Shown one piece after another: positions 1-11,539 of a stretch of DNA of 64,000 bases. The notes beneath the pieces are model-generated. The model was given only the letters and a program-made list of their open reading frames with translations. It made no database searches and was not told the origin of the DNA. The stretch is from an uncultured Solirubrobacterales bacterium (GTDB lineage Bacteria; Actinomycetota; Thermoleophilia; Solirubrobacterales; Solirubrobacteraceae): assembly GCA_963808325.1 (NCBI GenBank), contig CAWEFU010000011.1:384818-448817 (forward strand), written 5' to 3'. Position 1 is the stretch's first letter; each line of letters starts with the position of its first letter. The translations under genes were made by a program, and so were the position numbers.

Positions 1-28
1 TCAGAACATTCAGTATTCTCTGAATACC

Positions 29-508
29 ATGAACGAGGAGCTCTGGCAGTTCATCGACGCGACCGGCGAATGGTGGGCCAAGTCGTACGGCCTGCCGCGG
101 ATGACCGGCCGGGTCTTCGCCTGGCTTCTGGTCTGTGAGCCCGAGGAGCAAACCGCGGCGCAGCTCGCCGAGGCACTGGATGCGAGCAAGGGTTCGATCA
201 GTGGAGCCACCACAACGCTGGTTCGCGCTGGCTTGGTTGATCGGCTGCACGTCCGCGGCGAGCGCGCGGACCGGTTCCGCATGCGTCCCGATGCATGGGA
301 CGAGCAGGTCCGCGACCAGGGCGCCAGCGAGGCTCGCGCGTTGCTTGCACGAGGGCTTGGAGCGCTGGCAGACGAGCCCCCCGCGCGCCGCGCCCGACTG
401 GCGGAGCTTGACGCGTTCTACGCCTGGTGGCAGTCGCGCGCGCCCGCGCTGGCTGACGAGTGGCACCAGTACAAGCGAGAGCTGCGGGAGAAGAAGCCGG
501 ATGGCTGA
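29..508 (+). CDS. GbsR/MarR-family transcriptional regulator
   Basis: GLPRMTGRVFAWLL and LDASKGSISGATTTLVRAGLV wHTH motif; stop overlaps the start of the downstream ABC ATPase. Confidence 0.85.
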   Translation: MNEELWQFIDATGEWWAKSYGLPRMTGRVFAWLLVCEPEEQTAAQLAEALDASKGSISGATTTLVRAGLVDRLHVRGERADRFRMRPDAWDEQVRDQGASEARALLARGLGALADEPPARRARLAELDAFYAWWQSRAPALADEWHQYKRELREKKPDG

Positions 509-1496
509 CCAGCGGACAACGGCGATCGACGCCCGGGGCCTCGCGAAGTCCTTCGGCGACGTGGTCGCGCTGGACGGTCTCGACCTGCAGGTGGAGGAAG
601 GGACCGTGTTCGGGCTGCTCGGGCCCAACGGGGCGGGCAAGACCACGCTCGTACGCATCCTGGCCACGTTGCTCGAGCCGTCAGCGGGCCGCGCCCGGAT
701 ACTCGGTCACGACGTCGTCTTGGAGCCGCTCGCGGTCCGTCGCCGGATCGGCCTGGCCGGCCAGTTTGCGGCCGTCGATGCGGAGTTGACCGGACGTGAG
801 AACGTGGAGATGATCGCCCGCCTTTATCGCCTTTCCGGCGTCGAAGCGGCCCGGCGGGCACGCGAGGTGCTGGAGCGGTTCGGGCTGCTCGATGCGGCCG
901 ACCGACGCGTGTCCACATATTCCGGCGGGATGCGCAGGCGACTGGACCTCGCCGCGGGGTTGATCGGACGGCCGCCGGTGGTTCTGCTCGACGAGCCCAC
1001 CACCGGCCTCGACCCCCGTTCGCGTCAGGAGCTGTGGAACACGGTCGACGAGCTCCGCAAGGAGGGCACGACGGTGCTCCTCACCACTCAATACCTGGAG
1101 GAGGCCGATCGCTTGGCCCAGCAGATCGCCGTCGTCGACCACGGCCGGATCGCCGCCGAGGGCAGCCCCGCTCAGCTCAAGGCGACCATCGGAGGCAGCG
1201 TTCTCAGCGTCCGCGTCGCGGATCCCACCACCCTCCCCGACGCCTCGGCAGCCCTCGGCGACCTATGCGCCGGCGAACCGCCCCACGTCGACGGCACGGT
1301 CGGGGAGATTCGCCTCTCGGTGGCAGATCCTGCGACCTCGGCCGAGGCGCTGCGGCGTCTGGACTCGCGACGGCTGGCGGTCGCCGCCATCGAGCTGCGA
1401 CAACCCAGCCTCGACGACGTCTTCCTGGCCCTGACCGGACGCCCAGCGGACGACGAGCACACCGACCAACCCCGCTCACAGGAGGCCGCCGCATGA
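501..1496 (+). CDS. DrrA-type ABC exporter ATP-binding protein
   Basis: Walker A GPNGAGKT, signature YSGGMRRR, Walker B VLLDEPTTGLD, C-terminal PSLDDVFLALTG; start re-picked at ATG 501. Confidence 0.95.
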   Translation: MADQRTTAIDARGLAKSFGDVVALDGLDLQVEEGTVFGLLGPNGAGKTTLVRILATLLEPSAGRARILGHDVVLEPLAVRRRIGLAGQFAAVDAELTGRENVEMIARLYRLSGVEAARRAREVLERFGLLDAADRRVSTYSGGMRRRLDLAAGLIGRPPVVLLDEPTTGLDPRSRQELWNTVDELRKEGTTVLLTTQYLEEADRLAQQIAVVDHGRIAAEGSPAQLKATIGGSVLSVRVADPTTLPDASAALGDLCAGEPPHVDGTVGEIRLSVADPATSAEALRRLDSRRLAVAAIELRQPSLDDVFLALTGRPADDEHTDQPRSQEAAA

Positions 1497-2296
1497 CCAC
1501 CGCGAGCATCGCGATTCCCGACCGCGGCCGGCTCACGCTGGCCGAGACGATCGCCGACAGCCGTGTGATGGCTGCGCGCCAGCTGCGCAAGGTCCTGCGC
1601 AGGCCGATGTACGTGGTCTACCTGTTCGTACAGCCGGTTATCTTCGTGCTGCTCTTCCGTTACGTGTTCGGCGGAGCGATCGACACCGGGCGCGTGAGCT
1701 ATGTCAACTACCTGATGCCTGGGATCATCGCCATGACCGCGATCTTCGGCTCGCTGACCACCGGCCTCGGCCTCACCGAGGACATGGCAGCCGGAGTCGT
1801 CGATCGCTTCCGGTCCCTCCCGATCGCCCGCTCCGCGGTTCTGGTTGGGCGCACCGCCGCCGACCTGGTAACGAACCTGTTCAGCCTGATCGTGATGCTT
1901 CTGATCGGCCTCGCGGTCGGCTTCAGGCCCCGCCAGCCGGTCTACGAGGTGGTGCTCGCGTTCGTGCTGGTCCTCGGCTTCGCCTACGTCTTCTCTTGGA
2001 TCAGCGCGTTCGTGGGGCTGTCCGTGCGCAACCCCGAGACCGCTCAGTCGGTCGGGTTCATCTGGGTCTTCCCGCTCGTCTTCGCCTCCTCCGCGTTCGT
2101 CCCCACCGCCACGATGCCAGGAGTCGTGCACAGCTTCGCCGACATCAACCCCGTCACCTTGGTGGTCGACGCCGCCCGCGCGCTGACCATTGGACAAGGG
2201 CACGCGCTCGGGCCGATCCTGGGAACTCTGGCCTGGCTCGCCGCTCTGCTTCTGATCTTCGTGCCGCTCTCGGTCCGGGCGTTCCGTCGCGCGTAG
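1493..2296 (+). CDS. ABC-2 (DrrB-type) permease
   Basis: QPVIFVLLFRYVFGGAI, GVVDRFRSLPIARSAVL, FASSAFVP motifs; ATGA overlap with the ATPase. Confidence 0.93.
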   Translation: MTTASIAIPDRGRLTLAETIADSRVMAARQLRKVLRRPMYVVYLFVQPVIFVLLFRYVFGGAIDTGRVSYVNYLMPGIIAMTAIFGSLTTGLGLTEDMAAGVVDRFRSLPIARSAVLVGRTAADLVTNLFSLIVMLLIGLAVGFRPRQPVYEVVLAFVLVLGFAYVFSWISAFVGLSVRNPETAQSVGFIWVFPLVFASSAFVPTATMPGVVHSFADINPVTLVVDAARALTIGQGHALGPILGTLAWLAALLLIFVPLSVRAFRRA

Positions 2297-2329
2297 GCTC
2301 GCGGCCTACCGCAACCGTCCCCTACCTGC

Positions 2330-3004
2330 TCACCGGGGCGCCGATGTCACCGGGACGCGCCGGCCGATCGCGTACACGGCCACGAGCAGCAGCGCCACCG
2401 CGTACGCAATGTCGACCGGAACCGCGGCCCCGATCGCGACGGTGGTGTCGATCGAATGCGTGAGCAGCCGCTGCGATCCCCAGAACGGCAACAGCTTCGC
2501 GACGATCTCACTGGAATCGGCCGTGAGCTGGATGCCGACGACGGCGATCAGCATCAGAACGCCCTCGAGCTCCTGTGGCGCCAGCGCCCCGAGCGCGAGC
2601 CCGAACGGCACGCTCGTGAACGCGACCAGGACGACGCCGCCGATGAGCGCGGGCGTATCCGAGAGGTCGGTACCGAGCGCCATCACAACGATGAATAGGG
2701 CGGCAACGAGGACCCCGAGCGCCTCGAGCAACAGGAGCCGTCCCAGCAGCAGCTGGTACGGCCTGTAGCCGGCAAGCATCAGACGCTGGTCGACGGGCCT
2801 CGCCGCAAACGAGGCGAACATGGCGGCGCCCGCCACCGAGAACGCCATGACGACACCGCCCGTCACCACCGCGTGGCGCGCATGCCCCGACTGGGCGCCG
2901 TACAACGCGAGCGGCAGCGCGGTCAGGAGCGCCAGCGCGACCCGACGGCGAGAGAGCTCCCGCGCGGTCATCTCGGCCGGAACCAATACGCGACGCGCGC
3001 TCAC
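2330..3004 (-). CDS. Putative ABC transporter permease / multi-pass membrane protein
   Basis: About six hydrophobic segments; GTGA-type overlap with the upstream ABC ATPase. Confidence 0.7.
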   Translation of the reverse strand: MSARRVLVPAEMTARELSRRRVALALLTALPLALYGAQSGHARHAVVTGGVVMAFSVAGAAMFASFAARPVDQRLMLAGYRPYQLLLGRLLLLEALGVLVAALFIVVMALGTDLSDTPALIGGVVLVAFTSVPFGLALGALAPQELEGVLMLIAVVGIQLTADSSEIVAKLLPFWGSQRLLTHSIDTTVAIGAAVPVDIAYAVALLLVAVYAIGRRVPVTSAPR

Positions 3005-3636
3005 GACACCACGGCTCCGCGCTCGGGCGAAGCGGTGAGCTCCACGACGCGATCTACGAAGACCGTGTCGGTCAACAGGTGGGTGACGATCACGACGGCC
3101 AGGCCATCGGCCTTCCAGCCCGCGACGTGCTCCCAGAAGCTCACGTAGGCGCCGTGATCGAATCCTTGGTAGGGCTCGTCGAGCAGCAACAAGCTCGCGT
3201 CACCGATCAGCGCCAGGGCGAGATTGAGCTTCTGACGCGCGCCCCCGGAGAGGTGACGGGCCTGGGAGCGATCTCTGACCGGGAACGCGAGCTCGGCGAG
3301 GAGTCTTCGACCCTCGCGCAACGCCCGCTCGCGCGGCAGTCCCAGTGCCGGAGCGAACAGCGCGAGGTGCTCGTCGGCGGTCAACAGATCGATCAGGCCA
3401 GGCTCCTGGGGGCAGTAACCGATGCGGGCGTTGACCCCGACCCGTCCCCGATCCGGACGGATCAGCCCGGCGCAGATGCGCAGCAGCGTGCTCTTGCCCG
3501 ATCCGTTCTCGCCGACGACCGCGACCGCCTCGCCCGAACTCACGCTCAGCGATACGTCATCTAGGACGGGGGTCTGACCGAACCGCTTGCTTACGCCCGA
3601 GACATCGAGCAGCGGGAGGAAGGAGAGATCACTCAG
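3001..3636 (-). CDS. ABC transporter ATP-binding protein (start uncertain, possibly CTG)
   Basis: GENGSGKS, LSGGARQK, LLLDEP; the frame stays open upstream of the tracked GTG (LLDVSGVSKRFGQTPVLDDVSL) to a CTG at 3636 overlapping the upstream TGA. Confidence 0.85.
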   Translation of the reverse strand: MSDLSFLPLLDVSGVSKRFGQTPVLDDVSLSVSSGEAVAVVGENGSGKSTLLRICAGLIRPDRGRVGVNARIGYCPQEPGLIDLLTADEHLALFAPALGLPRERALREGRRLLAELAFPVRDRSQARHLSGGARQKLNLALALIGDASLLLLDEPYQGFDHGAYVSFWEHVAGWKADGLAVVIVTHLLTDTVFVDRVVELTASPERGAVVS

Positions 3637-3932
3637 TCGTCCACCACCTCGATCACCTCGTACACGCCGGCCACGTGCTCGTTCTGCACGAATGCCGACA
3701 TGTTGTCAACGCGTCGGTTCTCCTGTGGGTCGGCTTCCTCGCGCCAGCGCCGGTAGTCCGCCTCACTCATCTCGAACAATCCGAACGAGATGATCTCGTC
3801 CTCGTCGCGGATGTTGCGCGCGTGGTAGGCGCGCTGGAAGCCCGGCGGCCTCGCGTCGCCTGGATCCCAGGCCCGGCGAAACTGCTCCCACGCGTCGGGC
3901 TTGAGGCGACGGGCGCTGAGCATGACGATCAT
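3633..3932 (-). CDS. Conserved small hypothetical protein (possible dimeric alpha+beta barrel)
   Basis: 99-aa ORF with AGGAGG RBS and normal codon usage; fold is a guess. Confidence 0.65.
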   Translation of the reverse strand: MIVMLSARRLKPDAWEQFRRAWDPGDARPPGFQRAYHARNIRDEDEIISFGLFEMSEADYRRWREEADPQENRRVDNMSAFVQNEHVAGVYEVIEVVDD

Positions 3933-3994
3933 CTGCTGACCTCCTGGTAGCGGTTCGACGCCTACTCTCTCAGGTTCGAGGCCGCAAGCTGGGT

Positions 3995-4660
3995 TCAGCC
4001 GCGGTGCGTGGCGCGCAGATACGCCAGCACGGCGAGGACGCGGCGGTGATCGTCGTCGCCGGCCGGGAGGTCGAGCTTGGTGAAGATGTTCGAGATGTGC
4101 TTCTCGACGGCACCGAGCGTGATCACGAGCTCACGGGCGATCGCGGCATTCGTACGCCCCTGGGCGATCAGCTCCAGCACCTCCCGTTCGCGCTTCGTGA
4201 GCGATGCGAGCTCCCCGTCTGAGTCCGCGCGGCCTCGCTCCCGGACGAGCGAGGCCACCACCTCGCGGTCGAGCGCGGTGCCGCCGGCCGCGACCCGCTC
4301 GACCGCGTCCAGAAACGCGCGAACCTCGCTCACGCGTTCCTTGAGCAGGTAGCCGACGCCGCTTTCGCCCGTCGACAGCAGCTCGCCGGTGTAGACCGGT
4401 TCGACGTACTGGGAGAGCACCAAGACGGCGAGATCCGGGCGGCGGCGTCGCGCCTCGAGCGCGGCGCGGATCCCTTCGTCGGTGAAGGTGGGCGGAAGAC
4501 GGACGTCAACGATGGCGAGGTCCGGTTTGTGGCCGGCGACGATCCGCAGCAGGCCGGCGCCGTCCTCGGCCTGGGCGACCACCTCGATCCCGTGCTCCTG
4601 CAGGAGCGCGACGATCCCCTCGCGCAGGAGCGCCTGGTCCTCGGCGATGACTACGCGCAT
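3995..4660 (-). CDS. NarL/LuxR-family response regulator
   Basis: VVIAEDQ, IVDVRLPP, GYLLKERV receiver; LTKREREVLELIAQGRTN HTH. Confidence 0.95.
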   Translation of the reverse strand: MRVVIAEDQALLREGIVALLQEHGIEVVAQAEDGAGLLRIVAGHKPDLAIVDVRLPPTFTDEGIRAALEARRRRPDLAVLVLSQYVEPVYTGELLSTGESGVGYLLKERVSEVRAFLDAVERVAAGGTALDREVVASLVRERGRADSDGELASLTKREREVLELIAQGRTNAAIARELVITLGAVEKHISNIFTKLDLPAGDDDHRRVLAVLAYLRATHRG

Positions 4661-5742
4661 GGCAGCACCGCGCGCACCCGGGTTCCTCGGCCGAGGGGGC
4701 TCGAGACGCTCAGCGTGCCGTCGAGCGCTTCGACGCGCTGGCGCAGACCGGTGAGTCCGCTACCGGCCGAATCGGCGCCGCCCGGTCCCTCGTCGGCGAC
4801 TTCGACCATCAGAGTCGTGTCGCTGTCCTGGATGGCGATGTGGACCGGAGCTCCTGGCGCATGCTTGGCCGCGTTGGTGAGGCACTCGGCGACCACGAAG
4901 TACGCGGCTGTCTCGACCATCGGTGGCGGCCGATGCGGCACCTCGGCACTGACGCTGGTCGCCGACGGGGAGCGAGCCGCGAGCGCCTCGACCGCCGCCA
5001 CAAGCCCCCGGTCCGCCAGCACCGGGGGAGCAATCCCGCGGGCCAGGTCACGGAGCTCGGCGATCGCCGCGCTCGCCTCCTCGCGCGCTCGGCGGACGAG
5101 GGCGGCGGCCTCGGGCTGGTCCTCGAGGCGTTCCTCGGCCCGACCCAATTGCATGCTGAGCGCGACCAGGCGGGCCTGGGCTCCGTCGTGGAGGTCGCGC
5201 TCGATCCGACGGAGCTCCGCGGCCTGGACGTCGAGAGCCCCGCGACGGGTCCGCGTCAGCTCATCGACGCGTCCGGCGAGATCGCGCTGGTGCGGTGATC
5301 CGGCGGCGGCGTGTACCCCGAAGGCGAGGCCCAGCCCGAGAATCGGGAACACCGGCCAGAAGAAGCCGCCGCCGGCTAGTGCCCAGATCACTGCGACGCT
5401 CACCGACAAGATCATCGAGAGCGTGCCGTGCACGGCCAGCCGCCTCGGGCGCCCCCGCGGCTCGGCCCACGCCGAATGGATGCCGGCGGGGAGAGCAAGC
5501 GCGAGCGCGAGCCCGAACCAGACCCACATCGGCCAGAAGTAGCCCATCCCGGTCGCCGCCCAGATGATCGTGACGCCGAGCGCAACGGCCGCCGACAGCG
5601 TCAGCTGGGCGGCGATGACAGCGCTGCCCGACCTCACGCTTCGTTCAGGAGCCATGATTTCGGTGGTTGGTCGCTCCAAGAACCACAGTCCGCGCTCCAT
5701 GATCTCAGCAAGCCTCATCGGGCACAGGCTGCCGCCCGCCAC
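4651..5742 (-). CDS. HisKA_3 sensor histidine kinase with two tandem 2TM-like N-terminal modules
   Basis: RIERDLHDGAQARL, ECLTNAAKHA, GSGLTGL; repeated IWAxxGxGYFWP segments; start may be 5700-5715. Confidence 0.9.
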   Translation of the reverse strand: MAGGSLCPMRLAEIMERGLWFLERPTTEIMAPERSVRSGSAVIAAQLTLSAAVALGVTIIWAATGMGYFWPMWVWFGLALALALPAGIHSAWAEPRGRPRRLAVHGTLSMILSVSVAVIWALAGGGFFWPVFPILGLGLAFGVHAAAGSPHQRDLAGRVDELTRTRRGALDVQAAELRRIERDLHDGAQARLVALSMQLGRAEERLEDQPEAAALVRRAREEASAAIAELRDLARGIAPPVLADRGLVAAVEALAARSPSATSVSAEVPHRPPPMVETAAYFVVAECLTNAAKHAPGAPVHIAIQDSDTTLMVEVADEGPGGADSAGSGLTGLRQRVEALDGTLSVSSPLGRGTRVRAVLPCA

Positions 5743-6082
5743 GCGCCTTGTCGCTGGGGCTCCACAGCGTCACGCGCCCTGCGGACCCCCGGAGCCGAGG
5801 TGGGGTCAGCCCGACATCGCCGGCGTCCGGCCGGTGCTGGCGCAGGCAGCTGACACGCCGCCCGGCCAGCGCCGGCAGACGTCAACGCACCGCGTAGGCG
5901 GCGGACGCGGCCACTGCGCGTAGGCGAACGTCTAACGTCAACCAGGCACGCGCTCAAGGTACTCCGGCGCGGCGCCCCGATCAAGGCCAAAACGGCGCCG
6001 GTCGCCACGCGGGCGACCGGCGCCGCGAGAACGCCTTCGCGCGCGCCGGCCTGCGAAAGTGGACGACGCCGCGAACCGCGCC

Positions 6083-7015
6083 TTACGCTGCCAGCTGGAG
6101 TCCGTCGAGCTCGGAGTCGGCGGCGAGCCGCCTGAGGCCCCGCTCCTCGAGCTCGTGGGCTCTCTGCGGGGAGATGCCAAGCTCGGCCCCGACCTGCCTC
6201 AGCGTCTGCGGTTCGTCTCCGTCCAGTCCGAAGCGGAGCCGGATCACGTTCCGCTCGGCGTCGGGGAGTCGGTCGACCACATCCTGGACGCGACGCGCGC
6301 GATCGGAGTGTTCGATCTCCTCCACCGGCTCGGGACGCTCGCTGGCGATGAGGTCACCGAGAGCGGTCTCGCCGTCGTCGCTCACGGACTGATCGAGGCT
6401 CGCGAGGCCCCGGCTCAGCTCGCGCAGCTCCGCAACTTCATCGACGTCGAGCTTGGCGACTTCCGCGATCTCCTCGTCCGTGGGCTCGCGCGCGAGCTTC
6501 TTGCTCAGCTCGCCTTCTATCTTGCGCACCTTGACCTGCCGCTGTGCGACGTGCACCGGCAGGCGAATCGTCCTGCCGTGATTCTGGAGGCCGCGCTGGA
6601 TCGCCTGACGGATCCAGAGCGTGCCATAGGTCGAGAACTTGAATCCTCGCCGCCAGTCGAACTTCTCGACGGCGCGGATCAGTCCGAGCATTCCTTCCTG
6701 GACCAGGTCCTCCATCGGCAGTCCGTGCCCCTGGTAGCGCCGGGCCTGGGAGACCACCAGCCGGAGGTTCGAGTTGATCATTCGGTCTTTGGCCTCAAGA
6801 TCGCCGCGTTCGATTCGCTTGGCGAGCTCGATCTCCTCGGCCGCGGTCAGCAGCGGGTAGACGCGGGCGCGGCGAAGGAACAGCTCGAGCGAATCCTGGC
6901 TCACTCCCCGCTCCTCCTCGTGCTCCGTGGCGCCGTACTCGCGGTCGCGGTCGGTCGCAGCCGCGGCGGCATGGGCCTGCCGGCGCCTGGTCTGGCGCCG
7001 GTTCGCGGTCGTCAT
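6083..7015 (-). CDS. RpoD/SigA-family (group 2-like) sigma-70 factor lacking region 1.1
   Basis: YPLLTAAEEIELAKRI, NLRLVVSQARRY, EKFDWRRGFKFSTY, RTIRLPVHV, region 4 TLRQVGAELGIS; start 7015 or 7108. Confidence 0.92.
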   Translation of the reverse strand: MTTANRRQTRRRQAHAAAAATDRDREYGATEHEEERGVSQDSLELFLRRARVYPLLTAAEEIELAKRIERGDLEAKDRMINSNLRLVVSQARRYQGHGLPMEDLVQEGMLGLIRAVEKFDWRRGFKFSTYGTLWIRQAIQRGLQNHGRTIRLPVHVAQRQVKVRKIEGELSKKLAREPTDEEIAEVAKLDVDEVAELRELSRGLASLDQSVSDDGETALGDLIASERPEPVEEIEHSDRARRVQDVVDRLPDAERNVIRLRFGLDGDEPQTLRQVGAELGISPQRAHELEERGLRRLAADSELDGLQLAA

Positions 7016-7147
7016 CCCAGGCCTGGGGCGCGAACCGCGCTGGCGGGCGGGCTGAGTTGGTTCTGCGTGATCGCCTCTCACCCGCTGAGGGGCGTCACGA
7101 TCATGCATTTCAAAACTGTTCAAGAGATCTCCGAAAATAGCTTCTTG

Positions 7148-7172
7148 TTCGATGTATATCGAATTATAGCAG
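7148..7172 (-). promoter_or_regulatory. Extended -10 promoter (TGcTATAAT) with overlapping inverted repeat TTCGAT-N4-ATCGAA upstream of the sigma factor
   Basis: Minus strand reads ctgcTATAAT (ATTATA at 7163-7168); palindrome at 7148-7163 in an AT-rich patch. Confidence 0.55.
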
Positions 7173-7287
7173 GAGTTCGATGACCGAACCTGTTGCTTCT
7201 GGGCGTCCACGACTCGTCATATCGAGGCGCTTCCAGCCCTCCAAGCCCTCTTTTTGAGGGGTCCAACCGTTGAGACCCCGTCCGCCG

Positions 7288-9915
<2,628 letters not shown>

Positions 9916-9928
9916 CGCGCCGGCCGCC

Positions 9929-11380
9929 TCAGCGTCGGCCGACGATTCCGCTCGGGCGCCGGCGCCTACCATGCTCCTGGCGGGGGAACGGGCGCGCGGT
10001 CGCAGCCAGCGGCGTGGCCGTGCTCGGAAGGCACGCGGTGCCGGCGGATGGGCTGGACGTTGGCAGCGATGGCTTACCGTAGCGCGGGATCCCGGCAAAG
10101 TTGAATGCGCCGGTCAGATCGCCGGTGATCCGGCGCCGCCAGGCGCTGAGGTTGGGAACCCTCACCCCGAACCGGGTCTCGAGGAACCGCAGCGTCGAGG
10201 TGTGGTCGAAAACGTCGGAGCAGACCAGCCCTCCCCTCGAAAACGGGGAGACGACGAGCATCGGGACCCGGAACCCGAGACCGATGGGACCGCGTATCCC
10301 TCTGGCCATCGCCGGCAGCGTCGGCACGGTCAGGTACTCGCCCGGCGTTCCGGGCCGAGGCGTCGGAGGCACCACGTGGTCGAAGAAGCCGCCGTTTTCG
10401 TCCCAGGTGATGAACAACGCGGTCCGCGCCCAGACCTTCGGATGCGAGACGAGCGCCTCCACGATCATCCGCGCCGCTTTCTCTCCGGCGGCGGGAGTGG
10501 AGAAGTCTGGGTGTTCGGTGTCGAAGACCCCAGTCAACACCCACGAGACGCGCGGGAGCTGGTCGTGGGCAACATCCCACATGAAGTCATCCGGGAACTG
10601 CGGCTTCAGGCCGAGTTTGGCGAGTTTCGATCCGGTCGAGAACTGCTTGAAGTACGTCAGCACGTTGTCGACCACGCCGCCACGGGGCGATGTGAACACC
10701 CTCCAGCTCACCCCGCGAGCCGACAGATGCTCGGGCATCGTCGTCCAGCTGAACAGGCCCGAGCGGCCGGTGAGGTTCGTCTGGAGCAGGGGACCTCCAT
10801 GGGTGCCGGCCGGATCGAGCCAGGCGGACATCGACATGAGGCGGTTGGGGTCGGTGGGACCGAGCACCGAGCAGTGATAGCGATCGCAGATCGTGAACGC
10901 GTCCGCCAGCGCGTAGTAGAAGCGCAGGTCCGAACGGTCGTAGTAACCCATCGTCTCCACGCCGATGGCGGGACCGTCGGTCGCCTCGTGGGCGAGCAGA
11001 AACCCGTCCATCCGGCCGTGGTTCCACGACTCGTGCTGGGGAGCCCAGTCGTGGGTCAGGTCGGGCAGGCACCCCTTCGGGATGTGGAAGGGGTGAATCG
11101 TGTTGCCGGCCGCGTCGCGTTGGAAGAACACGTTGCGCGCACGCCGATCCCCGAAGCCCCTTACGCCCGAGAGCGTCCCGAAGTAATGGTCGAACGAGCG
11201 GTTCTCCTGGATCAGGATCACCACATGGTCGATGTCCGCGAGCGAACCGCCGCGCGGGGAGGCCTCCGCCGCGCGGGCGAGTAAGTCTCCTACCGTGGTC
11301 ATCCCCAGGCCGGCTAGCCCGAGGTCGCGCAAAGCGCGCCGGCGGGTGATGCCGGCGTTCCGATCCTGCGTGAGTTGCAT
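9929..11380 (-). CDS. Tat-exported phosphoesterase / phosphocholine-specific phospholipase C family
   Basis: TRRRALR twin-arginine signal; HVVILIQENRSFDHYFG, ITWDENGGFFDHV, GLGFRVPMLVVSPFS, FDHTSTLRFLE. Confidence 0.92.
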   Translation of the reverse strand: MQLTQDRNAGITRRRALRDLGLAGLGMTTVGDLLARAAEASPRGGSLADIDHVVILIQENRSFDHYFGTLSGVRGFGDRRARNVFFQRDAAGNTIHPFHIPKGCLPDLTHDWAPQHESWNHGRMDGFLLAHEATDGPAIGVETMGYYDRSDLRFYYALADAFTICDRYHCSVLGPTDPNRLMSMSAWLDPAGTHGGPLLQTNLTGRSGLFSWTTMPEHLSARGVSWRVFTSPRGGVVDNVLTYFKQFSTGSKLAKLGLKPQFPDDFMWDVAHDQLPRVSWVLTGVFDTEHPDFSTPAAGEKAARMIVEALVSHPKVWARTALFITWDENGGFFDHVVPPTPRPGTPGEYLTVPTLPAMARGIRGPIGLGFRVPMLVVSPFSRGGLVCSDVFDHTSTLRFLETRFGVRVPNLSAWRRRITGDLTGAFNFAGIPRYGKPSLPTSSPSAGTACLPSTATPLAATARPFPRQEHGRRRRPSGIVGRR

Positions 11381-11539
11381 CCGGCTGCCCCTCTCGTCGC
11401 GTCAGTGCGCCCGGCCCGCGCGGGGAGCGAGCCTATCAGGCCACGGACCTCGCCTTGGTGTCCCGCCGACTCGGATTGATACACGTGCCCTAATTGCGGA
11501 CGGTGCACAGGGCGCAGCCCATACTGGCGTCGGGCTTGG

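Noticed and set aside
7148-7190. LexA SOS box upstream of the sigma factor
   Set aside because: GTTCG/CGAAC pieces are present but not in the TCGAAC-N4-GTTCGA arrangement
7246-7260. Intrinsic terminator after ppdK (ccctc-ttttt-gaggg)
   Set aside because: Only a 5-bp stem and no U-tract on the relevant strand
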